From Candidatus Omnitrophota bacterium (GTDB lineage: Bacteria > Omnitrophota > Omnitrophia > Omnitrophales > Aquincolibacteriaceae): a DNA stretch of 64,000 bases. The stretch is taken from contig JAKLIQ010000005.1 of assembly GCA_022709525.1 (NCBI GenBank), positions 7,626 to 71,625 on the forward strand, read 5' to 3'. The notes under the pieces are model-generated. The model made no database searches. It was given only the letters and a program-made list of their open reading frames with translations, and had not been told where the DNA came from. A program made the position numbers and the translations under genes. Shown here in pieces: positions 10,587 through 18,406 of this stretch (positions are counted from its first letter, which is position 1; every line of letters starts with the position of its first letter).

Positions 10587-12173
10587 TTAGATCCAGCTTC
10601 TTAATTTCGCGGGAATCGATTTAGCTGTGAAATAGACTGTTGGTATCGAAAAAATCAGACTGATGAGAATGGGCGTTGTCTGCCAGACGAAGTACGGCGT
10701 GAGTTTCGTGCAAAAATAAAGGCCAAGGAACCCGAATGCCGTCCCGATCCAAAGCGATCGCGTCGCGGTTGGGAAATCCACTGTGGCAAACGGGTTTTTC
10801 GCCATGGGCCGCCAATGAAGCTTCTTCAAAGGAATGCTGAGGATCGCAAGCGGGCTATAAATGAAGTTATTGAGTGTCACTAGCGTGGAAATAAGAAGTT
10901 CATAAAGGTAATGCCGGACGTCCTCCCAAGTCTTCAAAATGACGGCCTTATGCAGAAAAACAACCGCGAGACTGAAAAGCAGGATCCATTTCAGGATCTG
11001 GTTCGAGAAAAGATTCATCCAGATCGAATCGATCCGGAAATAGATAAGTTCTCCGGTCATAAGGGAATGCGACAAAAGACCAAGCAGCACCCAGAAAAAG
11101 AACACGATGTCCGCCAGATAAAGATAAATGCCGTACCCGGCGAGAAACTTGGAGGCAAGCGTCACATTGGATTCGAAAAGAAGAGGCACACCCTGAAGCG
11201 TTCCTTGCGCCCAGCGGCTCGCTCTTGCTTTGGCCTCGAGATAATTCGAAGGCGCTTCGTCATACGCTTCAACATCCGGACAAAATGCGACACGGTATCC
11301 CATCTGATCAAGCCGGACGGTGTCCCAGTTATCGTGCGAGAGCAGGCCCTTCGGAAGCCGAATCTTGGAGATCGCTTTCGTTCTGGCAAGATGATGATGC
11401 CCGAATGAGATGGTTCGTCCAAAAATCGCTTGAACCGCCACGAAATTCAGGCGCTGCGCAAACCGGGTTCCGATCCTCTCGAAACGCGAGTACCAGGTCG
11501 TCGCATGCGCGATCCTCACAAATGCCTGAAAGATCGCGATATCTTGGTTTTCGGGATGTTCCGCTTTTCTGAGCAGTTTAAGGAGCGTCCCTTTCGGAAC
11601 CATCCCGTCCGCGTCACATATATATAGGTAGTCGTATTCCGGATGGGAGTGCAAAAACTCCGCGATATTCCCCTGTTTTCTTTCAACGGGGTGCGGTCTT
11701 CTCCGGTAAAACACCCGGCCGGGATGCAGCGATTCGAGTTTCGCGACAAGGTTCGCCTCATAAGGAGCGTACTCTTCCGCGGAATCCGAAAGGATCCATA
11801 AATCCACGTTGTGGAATTTATTCCCGGAAAAGGAATAATTCATCCGCTGCGACATTCCGTAGGATTCGTTGCGGATCGGGTAAACGAGCGCCACTTTCGG
11901 GAACCGTTTTACGTAGTCTTCCTTCAAGATCGGAGTTTTGAGGAAGGGATGGACCGCGCTTGTCAAAAAAAGATACGCGACATTAAAGAACAGGAACCCG
12001 AACCCAAAGATCCACGCCAAGCTCAAAAGAACCGTATCCTCCGTCATGACAATCGCGGATGACACAAGCCAAACAGCGATAAGTGTTAACACAACCACGG
12101 TTCCGAGAAAAAGCACCGTTCTTTTCTCCGGGTCCTTCAACCATCCGTGGAAATGAGATCTGTCCGGTATCAT
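10587..12173 (-). CDS. Integral-membrane processive family-2 glycosyltransferase (cellulose-synthase/OpgH-like polysaccharide synthase)
   Basis: GT2 fold with D,D,D and a Q(R)xRW-type motif (RASRWAQGTLQG). Flanked by N- and C-terminal multi-TM regions. Confidence 0.7.
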   Translation of the reverse strand: MIPDRSHFHGWLKDPEKRTVLFLGTVVVLTLIAVWLVSSAIVMTEDTVLLSLAWIFGFGFLFFNVAYLFLTSAVHPFLKTPILKEDYVKRFPKVALVYPIRNESYGMSQRMNYSFSGNKFHNVDLWILSDSAEEYAPYEANLVAKLESLHPGRVFYRRRPHPVERKQGNIAEFLHSHPEYDYLYICDADGMVPKGTLLKLLRKAEHPENQDIAIFQAFVRIAHATTWYSRFERIGTRFAQRLNFVAVQAIFGRTISFGHHHLARTKAISKIRLPKGLLSHDNWDTVRLDQMGYRVAFCPDVEAYDEAPSNYLEAKARASRWAQGTLQGVPLLFESNVTLASKFLAGYGIYLYLADIVFFFWVLLGLLSHSLMTGELIYFRIDSIWMNLFSNQILKWILLFSLAVVFLHKAVILKTWEDVRHYLYELLISTLVTLNNFIYSPLAILSIPLKKLHWRPMAKNPFATVDFPTATRSLWIGTAFGFLGLYFCTKLTPYFVWQTTPILISLIFSIPTVYFTAKSIPAKLRSWI

Positions 12174-13519
12174 TCCTCCACCCCCTCGGAATCGGAAGGT
12201 GGAACCAGAGCTTCGCTTTCGGAGCTTTGCGGAGTTGTTTCAAAATCCGCTTTCTTTTCGAGTTTGACGAGAAGAACCCGGTATTCGGTCACCGATTGAA
12301 CGTTTTTTATCTTCGCTTCTTCAAGCGCGATAAAAGAATCGATCAATTCCCCAGTTCCTTTTTCGCCGGCGATGAGTCTTGTCTTTTCATTCTTATAGAT
12401 CTCCTCGCGTTCGCGGATAAGCGCTTCCGTCAGCCGGATCTTTTCCCGGACTGCCCGGGCCTCGTGGAACGCTTCCCGGATCCCTTGCTCGTGTTTTTTC
12501 ACCTGAAGCTCGCCTTCCCATTTCATCTCCTCAATCTCGTGGGATTTCGCCTTGATCTTTGAGCCGAGCCGTCCGAAATCCCAAATGTTCCATTTTCCGA
12601 CAAGGCCGACCATGACTCGGTTTGTATCCACGAAAACATCGCTCGCCTCGTTCCATTTCGCGGAAAGACTCAGGTGCGGGTAGCGGTCGGCAACGAGTTC
12701 TTTTTTCTCAAATTGTTTTTCGCGGATCTTGAGATCCTTGAGTTTGTAGACCGGATCGTGCTCGCGGGCTGTTGTAAGGTATGTATTTGCGCCATCACTA
12801 AGCTCAGAAAAATCCCCGAGCGGTTCAAGGTCCAGAGATTCCCCCTCCCCGATCCCGATGGTTTCTTTAAGGACACTAAGCAGGTAATCGCAAGTCTCCT
12901 TGTGCTTAACGAGCGCCTGTTTTGCTCCCTGAAAGAGCGTTTCGATCCTGAAAAACTCATAGCGCGGCAGAATCTCCCGATCAACGAGTTTCTTGATCCG
13001 CTCGTACTCGACGGTGAGTTCTTTGACCTCACCCTGAGCGATCCGGGTAAGTTCCTTTTCCGCGAGCACTTCGGCGTAAAGCACCCGAACACTGGCTTCG
13101 ACGGCAACCTTGGCCTGCTCCAGTCGCAACTCTTCGCTTTCAACGATTGCTTTCTGTTTTTGCTTCTGAGCAACCGCTTTCCCGCCCTGGAAGATCGGCT
13201 GCTCGATCCCCGTGTCCACGTAATTCACGAAACTCTTTCCTCCCGTCGCGAAAGCGGACGTGATTTCGCCGGATAGTTTGGGGAAAAACTCCGCGAGGGC
13301 CCCCTTATAAAGGGACTCCTCTTTATGGAGCCGGGCAAAAGCGCGTTTTACTTCCGCGTGGTTCTTTAGCGCCCTTGCCACGGCTTCATCGAGAGTTAAA
13401 AGGGACCCAAACTGCTCCGGCGAAAGGGCATCCGGCACCGCGGCTTTTAGGGAATGCGCGGAAAACACGGCGACAGCAAAAAACGTTACGACGATGCCCC
13501 AGAACTTACTCGTTTTCAT
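12170..13519 (-). CDS. TolC-family outer membrane factor
   Basis: Signal peptide (MKTSKFWGIVVTFFAVAVFSAHS). Two-repeat OEP architecture with long coiled coils. Stop overlaps the GT2 start. Confidence 0.8.
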   Translation of the reverse strand: MKTSKFWGIVVTFFAVAVFSAHSLKAAVPDALSPEQFGSLLTLDEAVARALKNHAEVKRAFARLHKEESLYKGALAEFFPKLSGEITSAFATGGKSFVNYVDTGIEQPIFQGGKAVAQKQKQKAIVESEELRLEQAKVAVEASVRVLYAEVLAEKELTRIAQGEVKELTVEYERIKKLVDREILPRYEFFRIETLFQGAKQALVKHKETCDYLLSVLKETIGIGEGESLDLEPLGDFSELSDGANTYLTTAREHDPVYKLKDLKIREKQFEKKELVADRYPHLSLSAKWNEASDVFVDTNRVMVGLVGKWNIWDFGRLGSKIKAKSHEIEEMKWEGELQVKKHEQGIREAFHEARAVREKIRLTEALIREREEIYKNEKTRLIAGEKGTGELIDSFIALEEAKIKNVQSVTEYRVLLVKLEKKADFETTPQSSESEALVPPSDSEGVEE

Positions 13520-13572
13520 CACTCGAAATACCTCCCTTTTAGATCTGAACATGATCTTTCACCGGTCCTTGT

Positions 13573-13821
13573 CTACTTTTCCGAAAGACTTTTGATCAGT
13601 TTTTCCACGTTCTCCTGAAACGTCTTTGGATTTTCAGGGATCAGGATCCCGCGTCTTCCCGGCATCATCTGTGCCCCTTCCCGCGCCGTGAAATACCGGA
13701 TATCGCCCCGGATCTTTCCGTCCACTTCCACCTTGGTGAAATGCAGTTCTTCACCGTCCCGTGTCTCGACCACCGCCACTTTCTTCACTTCTTTGAATCC
13801 GCCTTCGTATCTTTTCTTCAT
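13573..13821 (-). CDS. Hypothetical small protein
   Basis: 82-aa ORF between trbI-like and tolC-like genes. No motif recognised. Confidence 0.3.
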   Translation of the reverse strand: MKKRYEGGFKEVKKVAVVETRDGEELHFTKVEVDGKIRGDIRYFTAREGAQMMPGRRGILIPENPKTFQENVEKLIKSLSEK

Positions 13822-13846
13822 TGTTTTTTACTCCTCCTTGTTTTGA

Positions 13847-14821
13847 TTAAATTGCTTCAAGCAGCATTACTTCAATATTGATCCCGGACTCGACCGTAAT
13901 GCTCTTGTCCACTTTGACGCTTCTTAAGTCCTGCGACGCCTGGTTCGTAAGATTGTCCGCGAGATTGACACGCATCTGGTCTTCAAGGCTGTAAGCATCC
14001 TGACTTCTTCCGCCGACAAAAAGAGACGCTCCGGCAAGCAGCGTTTCCCCGATCGCTTTGAGAACCTTCGTGTCCGTGTGTTTGTCCACTTTCCCTTTAA
14101 TCCCGCCCGAACCATCCTCGGAAAGGGCGATCGCCCGGATGCGAAGCTCGCGTCCATCCGGAAAGATCAAAAGATCAAACCGCACATTCACCCGGTCCAC
14201 CGATTTCACGACGTTCACTTCCCCAAGAAACCGGGAGCCCTGGGGAATGACGACCTGATTTTTGACGCTGAAATCTTTTGAGACCAGCGCCGTGACCGGG
14301 GCCGCGACGTTAAACGAGAATATTCGCTCATTTAAAAGCGCCGGGATCTTGGTCCCTGAAGGAATCCCGAGTTTCGCATCCTCGGAACGGACTTTAGAAG
14401 ATGTTTGCGGTTTTGGATTCTCGGGTTTGTCGATGAAGACCGCGATTTCGCTCGTGTATTTTCGTTTCCCAGAAAGGTTTTGCCGGGTTTCGCTTTGTTT
14501 CGCGCGGAAAGTCTTCCCTTTCGCGGAAGAATCAATCGCGCGCTCCATGGATTGAGTCGTAATCATGATCCGGTTCTCCTCAGGACGAGGCATGGGATTC
14601 TGGGCGCGTTTATGAGCTGGTTTAGAGAAAAGAAGGATTGAAAGCATGAAAACTCCGGCGATCACAAGCGCGATTCGGAGCGACTTTTTCTCAAGCAGGT
14701 TCTGAACAAAACCCGCCGCTTTATTCGCGCGTTTCGGCTCATCGAAAAACTCGGGTTCCGGTGGAGTTGGTAATTCGCTTGTTTTCTTTTCCGGCTTTTT
14801 CTTGAATATTTCTGGTTTCAT
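13847..14821 (-). CDS. trbI: T4SS TrbI/VirB10-like protein
   Basis: N-terminal TM, Pro-rich region. C-terminal block (VIPQGSRFLGEV...VRFDLLIFPDGRELRIRAIALSEDGSGGIKGKVDKH...LLAGASLFVGG) matches the VirB10/TrbI C-terminal domain pattern. Confidence 0.7.
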   Translation of the reverse strand: MKPEIFKKKPEKKTSELPTPPEPEFFDEPKRANKAAGFVQNLLEKKSLRIALVIAGVFMLSILLFSKPAHKRAQNPMPRPEENRIMITTQSMERAIDSSAKGKTFRAKQSETRQNLSGKRKYTSEIAVFIDKPENPKPQTSSKVRSEDAKLGIPSGTKIPALLNERIFSFNVAAPVTALVSKDFSVKNQVVIPQGSRFLGEVNVVKSVDRVNVRFDLLIFPDGRELRIRAIALSEDGSGGIKGKVDKHTDTKVLKAIGETLLAGASLFVGGRSQDAYSLEDQMRVNLADNLTNQASQDLRSVKVDKSITVESGINIEVMLLEAI

Positions 14822-15843
14822 TTGAACCACTCGAATCCTTTGATTTCGAAGTTCCGGGGTTTTGAACTCGCGCTCGCGGGCGTATCTTCCAGGAGCCGAA
14901 GCACGGGTTTGTCGTCTTTTCCCATCGCGCGATAATCAAACACAAGAACCCCGTATTCATAACTGTCGGGGTTAATGACCCCGGCGAGCTTGAGTTCCGA
15001 GGGGATCTCGATAACACCGGATTCTTTCTTGCCGAGGAACCGTTTCTCGTAGGTCTGGATCCCCACAAAGGCTTTAAGGACCCGGTAAGGAATCTTTGAA
15101 TAATTGAGGACCGAGAATCGGAGATAAAGTTTGTTTCCGACCTGAGCGAGGAAAAGCAGATTAAGCTGCACCTCGGAATCCGCTTTCGACTTCTTGAGAT
15201 CGAGCGTACGAATGCCGGTTGTGACTTTCTCTTTGATTTTTTCTTCGGAAATTTCCTGGGCTTTTTGGTCGAGTTTCTCTTCCTTTTTCTGATACTGTGC
15301 TTTAAGCTCCTCGACTTTCTTTTCTACTTTTTCCTCGAACGCGTTATGAACGAGCGTTTCGTCGTCTTGCGGGAGCCGGAAATCGAGTACGAAATCGGCG
15401 GTGTCAGGAGCCCCGACCGAAACATCGAACGCAAGCCGCGAGGAAGCGGTCATGATCACGAGATTCGTTTTCGCGTCCGGTTCGTCCGTAATGGGTTTTA
15501 TAAGGACCTGTTTCTCGTAAACCTCGACTTTGTAAAGTTCCTGGTCCCCCACGAACACCTTGAGCGCTTTTTCGGGAAGATCGATCGTGGAGACATAACC
15601 GAGCGCGGTTTGGAGTTTAAAGGTCACCGTAGAACGCATGGTAACCTTGTAGATATTTTGCGTGCTGCGCTTGAGTTTGTTGAAATGCTGGCGATCCTTG
15701 AGCGGATCCGGTTTCTCGTCCTGAACCGCGGACTCATCGTTTGACTGGGAGCTTTTGCTTTCCGCGGCGGGAAGAGAAGAAGCATGAACAAGGACGAATA
15801 CGGCAAGCGCCGCGACACTAAAGATTTGATTTGGTTTTCTCAT
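14818..15843 (-). CDS. trbG: T4SS TrbG/VirB9-like secreted protein
   Basis: Signal peptide, N-terminal beta domain (TVTFKLQTALGYVSTIDLPE), central coiled-coil/Lys-Glu linker, C-terminal beta-sandwich. Position between VirB8-like and VirB10-like genes matches trb order. Confidence 0.5.
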   Translation of the reverse strand: MRKPNQIFSVAALAVFVLVHASSLPAAESKSSQSNDESAVQDEKPDPLKDRQHFNKLKRSTQNIYKVTMRSTVTFKLQTALGYVSTIDLPEKALKVFVGDQELYKVEVYEKQVLIKPITDEPDAKTNLVIMTASSRLAFDVSVGAPDTADFVLDFRLPQDDETLVHNAFEEKVEKKVEELKAQYQKKEEKLDQKAQEISEEKIKEKVTTGIRTLDLKKSKADSEVQLNLLFLAQVGNKLYLRFSVLNYSKIPYRVLKAFVGIQTYEKRFLGKKESGVIEIPSELKLAGVINPDSYEYGVLVFDYRAMGKDDKPVLRLLEDTPASASSKPRNFEIKGFEWFK

Positions 15844-15934
15844 TGATTCCCAGCTCCTTATTTAAAATGGAGGGGATGAGAAACCAGCTGCTCAGAAGGG
15901 CCCGAATGGCCCCGGGAGACCGGTAACATCTCCC

Positions 15935-15987
15935 CTCAAAGTATTGGGCCAAAACGGGGTGTTTTGGAATAGGTTCCCACAGGTTTT
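15935..15987 (-). promoter_or_regulatory. Conserved island promoter-like element, copy A (ECF-type GGAAC-N16-CGTT on gene strand)
   Basis: One of three ~53-bp near-identical copies. Lies about 92 bp upstream of the trbG-like ATG. Confidence 0.5.
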
Positions 15988-16008
15988 GAGAAAAAAAGTG
16001 GAAGATTT

Positions 16009-16656
16009 CTAGAGTTTATTGAGGAGAATTTCGCGGTAGTCTTCGACAAGGACGCCCCAGGGGATGTCCTTGCTTCTTGGAACCTTCTTTAAGAGCAGCT
16101 CGGCTTTAAAGAGGCTTGATTCCTTATAATCCCGATCGTTGTAATTGAGGATGGTCCGCACCCCGATCAGCGCGATTTTCACGTATTCCGGGGTATTCCG
16201 GTCGATCGATTCTTCTTTGAACTCGATATGCGTGTAAAGACCGGTATCGTGGAATTTCGCGAAGAACCCGGAGTCCACAAGGTCCCGCTCCGCGATTTTC
16301 TGATACCGAGCCGTCATTCGGTTCCACGCCTCAGCCGTATCGCTTGAAAGCGTGTAGGAATTCAATTCCCTAAAACGTTTCGTGAAAGTTTTCGCGAAAT
16401 CAAAAACCTCGAAATCGGTCGGGGCGTTATTAAGCTCAAGATCATGGATCGCTTCCGCTTTTCCCACCTCATTTACCCGGATCACGACCGGCGGCCGCTT
16501 GGCGAGCATGAACGCGCCAAAGATCGTGAAGAAAAGAAGCGCGAGCAAAAAAAGACTGATGAGTTTCAGGAACTCGACCTGCGCTTCCAGGTCTCCGAAC
16601 ACCTCGTAATACCGGCGTTTCATGTTCTCGAGTTTGATATGAAAACGGGTTTTCAT
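16009..16656 (-). CDS. trbF: T4SS TrbF/VirB8-like protein
   Basis: Short cytoplasmic N-terminus, one TM (LISLFLLALLFFTIFGAFML), then a ~150-aa NTF2-like periplasmic domain. Sits between trbL-like and trbG-like genes. Confidence 0.5.
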   Translation of the reverse strand: MKTRFHIKLENMKRRYYEVFGDLEAQVEFLKLISLFLLALLFFTIFGAFMLAKRPPVVIRVNEVGKAEAIHDLELNNAPTDFEVFDFAKTFTKRFRELNSYTLSSDTAEAWNRMTARYQKIAERDLVDSGFFAKFHDTGLYTHIEFKEESIDRNTPEYVKIALIGVRTILNYNDRDYKESSLFKAELLLKKVPRSKDIPWGVLVEDYREILLNKL

Positions 16657-17513
16657 TTGTAACCGGCTCCTCCTCCGGCTGGAGTTTGGGGTTTTGAAGA
16701 TGAAGGGGTTTTAGGAATAATGTAACGGGTCGCCACAGCTGTAAACGCGCCAAGCGCGATCGAACCAAGACCGCTTAAGTTGCCGCCCGAAACGAACTGG
16801 TTTGAAAGAAGAGGGACAAGCACAAAGAGCACGATAAAAAGGACGTTCGCGGCGAGGATCATCATGAAATTGGTTTCTTCCGTGAGATAAATCGCAGTCA
16901 GGTTCATAACGGAAACGACTTTCATGAGAATCGAAAGAATAATGTTCCACGCCGAAATGGAAACAAGACTCTTGAGCCATGTGTTAAGGCCCTGAGCGGT
17001 CCCTTTATAGATCCCGACTGAGATCACGATCGGACCGATCACGTACAAAAACGACAGAAGCAGGAACCGAAGCATCATGATCGCGCCAAGAAGCGCTCCG
17101 GCGACGGCGTAAGTGACGTAGTTCAAGACCGTGGCCGTGAGTCTCAGATCGAATTTCCAGGCGGTCTTCCAGGAGAGCGGCTGCTTCAGGAACGCTTTTA
17201 TGACTTCCTGGAATTCCTCGTGCGGCATGATGGCGTTTGATACGAGGTCCGCGCCGTAAACGATCCACGTGAAGAACCGCTCGTAGAGAATGAGAAGACC
17301 AACGACGAGGATTACCCTGATGAAAAGACCGGTATAATCGGACTGGTTCTTAAGCGCCTGAAAGTTTTCGTGAAGAATCGCGACAATGAAAAGGATCGAA
17401 AGCAGAATAAACCCGATCCTCGACATCGTCTGATACGGCTGAGCGAAGAGGTCCGGGATCTGAAGAACGTTAGTAAAAAGAAACCCTTCGTTTGCGTTAA
17501 AAAGACCGGCCAT
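16653..17513 (-). CDS. trbL: T4SS TrbL/VirB6-like polytopic membrane protein
   Basis: At least 5 TM helices, C-terminal Gly/Pro-rich tail. Position after the trbJ-like gene. Confidence 0.6.
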   Translation of the reverse strand: MAGLFNANEGFLFTNVLQIPDLFAQPYQTMSRIGFILLSILFIVAILHENFQALKNQSDYTGLFIRVILVVGLLILYERFFTWIVYGADLVSNAIMPHEEFQEVIKAFLKQPLSWKTAWKFDLRLTATVLNYVTYAVAGALLGAIMMLRFLLLSFLYVIGPIVISVGIYKGTAQGLNTWLKSLVSISAWNIILSILMKVVSVMNLTAIYLTEETNFMMILAANVLFIVLFVLVPLLSNQFVSGGNLSGLGSIALGAFTAVATRYIIPKTPSSSKPQTPAGGGAGYK

Positions 17514-17515
17514 AG

Positions 17516-18283
17516 TTACGCTCCTGTAAATGCCCGACTGATGTTCTCCGCGTAATCACCGGCATCCTCCATGAATTTGAGGCGTTCGGTTTCGACGCGT
17601 TTTTCTTCGCGCGAGACCTGCGCGATTTTCGTGGCTTCTAGCTCCAACAGTTTCGCCATCGCTTCCTGGTTCTGCTGATCCAGGACCATGAGCTGGGACA
17701 TCGCCTGCGCCTGAAGACGAACCGCTCCTTTCGGGCTTGCGGTCGCGGCCTGATCCGCGATCTCGGTCGCGGCGGTGCGCGTCGCGCTTCCGGCTTCCCG
17801 GATCTGCCGGGCGAGATCGAAGGCGTCCACCACCTGCATCTCGTCAAAGGCGAGGTAGGGTTTTGCGTCCGTCTCCGGGATTTTTCCGGTAAGATCCTCC
17901 AACGCGGAACGAATGTCTTCCGGGCCGTTTGCCCCTTGAACCATTTGGATCTGCGGGGAAGTGAATCCGATATCCCTGAAAGCGTTTTGTAAGCTTGTGG
18001 TCCCCTGCCCGAGAAGGTTCCGTATGGGATCACCGATGATGGAACGCAGGATCTCATCCAGCCCCGAATGAAACCGGAATAGCTCCACAGTCTGATTCGT
18101 AAGCTGGTTGAGATGCTCGATCGCGAGCGCGATCTGCTGCCCCCATTCCGTCTGAAGGATCGAGTTTTGAAGTTGGTTCACCGCCGTATTGATCGGGTCG
18201 TTTACGATGAGCGCGTACGATCTCGGGATCGCGACGCTGATTAAAAATACCGCTAAGAACAGAATCTTAGATGATTTTTTCAT
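17516..18283 (-). CDS. trbJ: T4SS TrbJ/VirB5-like protein
   Basis: Signal peptide from MKKSSKILFLAVFLISVAIPRSYA. Largely alpha-helical, coiled-coil rich, ~255 aa. ATG at 18281-18283. Confidence 0.55.
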   Translation of the reverse strand: MKKSSKILFLAVFLISVAIPRSYALIVNDPINTAVNQLQNSILQTEWGQQIALAIEHLNQLTNQTVELFRFHSGLDEILRSIIGDPIRNLLGQGTTSLQNAFRDIGFTSPQIQMVQGANGPEDIRSALEDLTGKIPETDAKPYLAFDEMQVVDAFDLARQIREAGSATRTAATEIADQAATASPKGAVRLQAQAMSQLMVLDQQNQEAMAKLLELEATKIAQVSREEKRVETERLKFMEDAGDYAENISRAFTGA

Positions 18284-18406
18284 AAATGCCTCCCGTGAAA
18301 TAAAAGTAAAAACCCGAGTCCGAGAATCAGGGTCCCGATAAGCAACCGGAGAATCTGCCGCCGGCATATCCTTCTTATCCATCTTGTTTTTCGCTCCTCC
18401 GCCGTG

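Noticed and set aside
15935-15987. Reading the repeated element as a sigma-54 promoter (TTGGCCC-N-TTTGA)
   Set aside because: GG-N10-GC spacing gives TG, not GC, at -12. The -12 region is poor. The GGAAC-N16-CGTT reading fits all three copies, with variation confined to the spacer. No bEBP or sigma-54 activator gene nearby.
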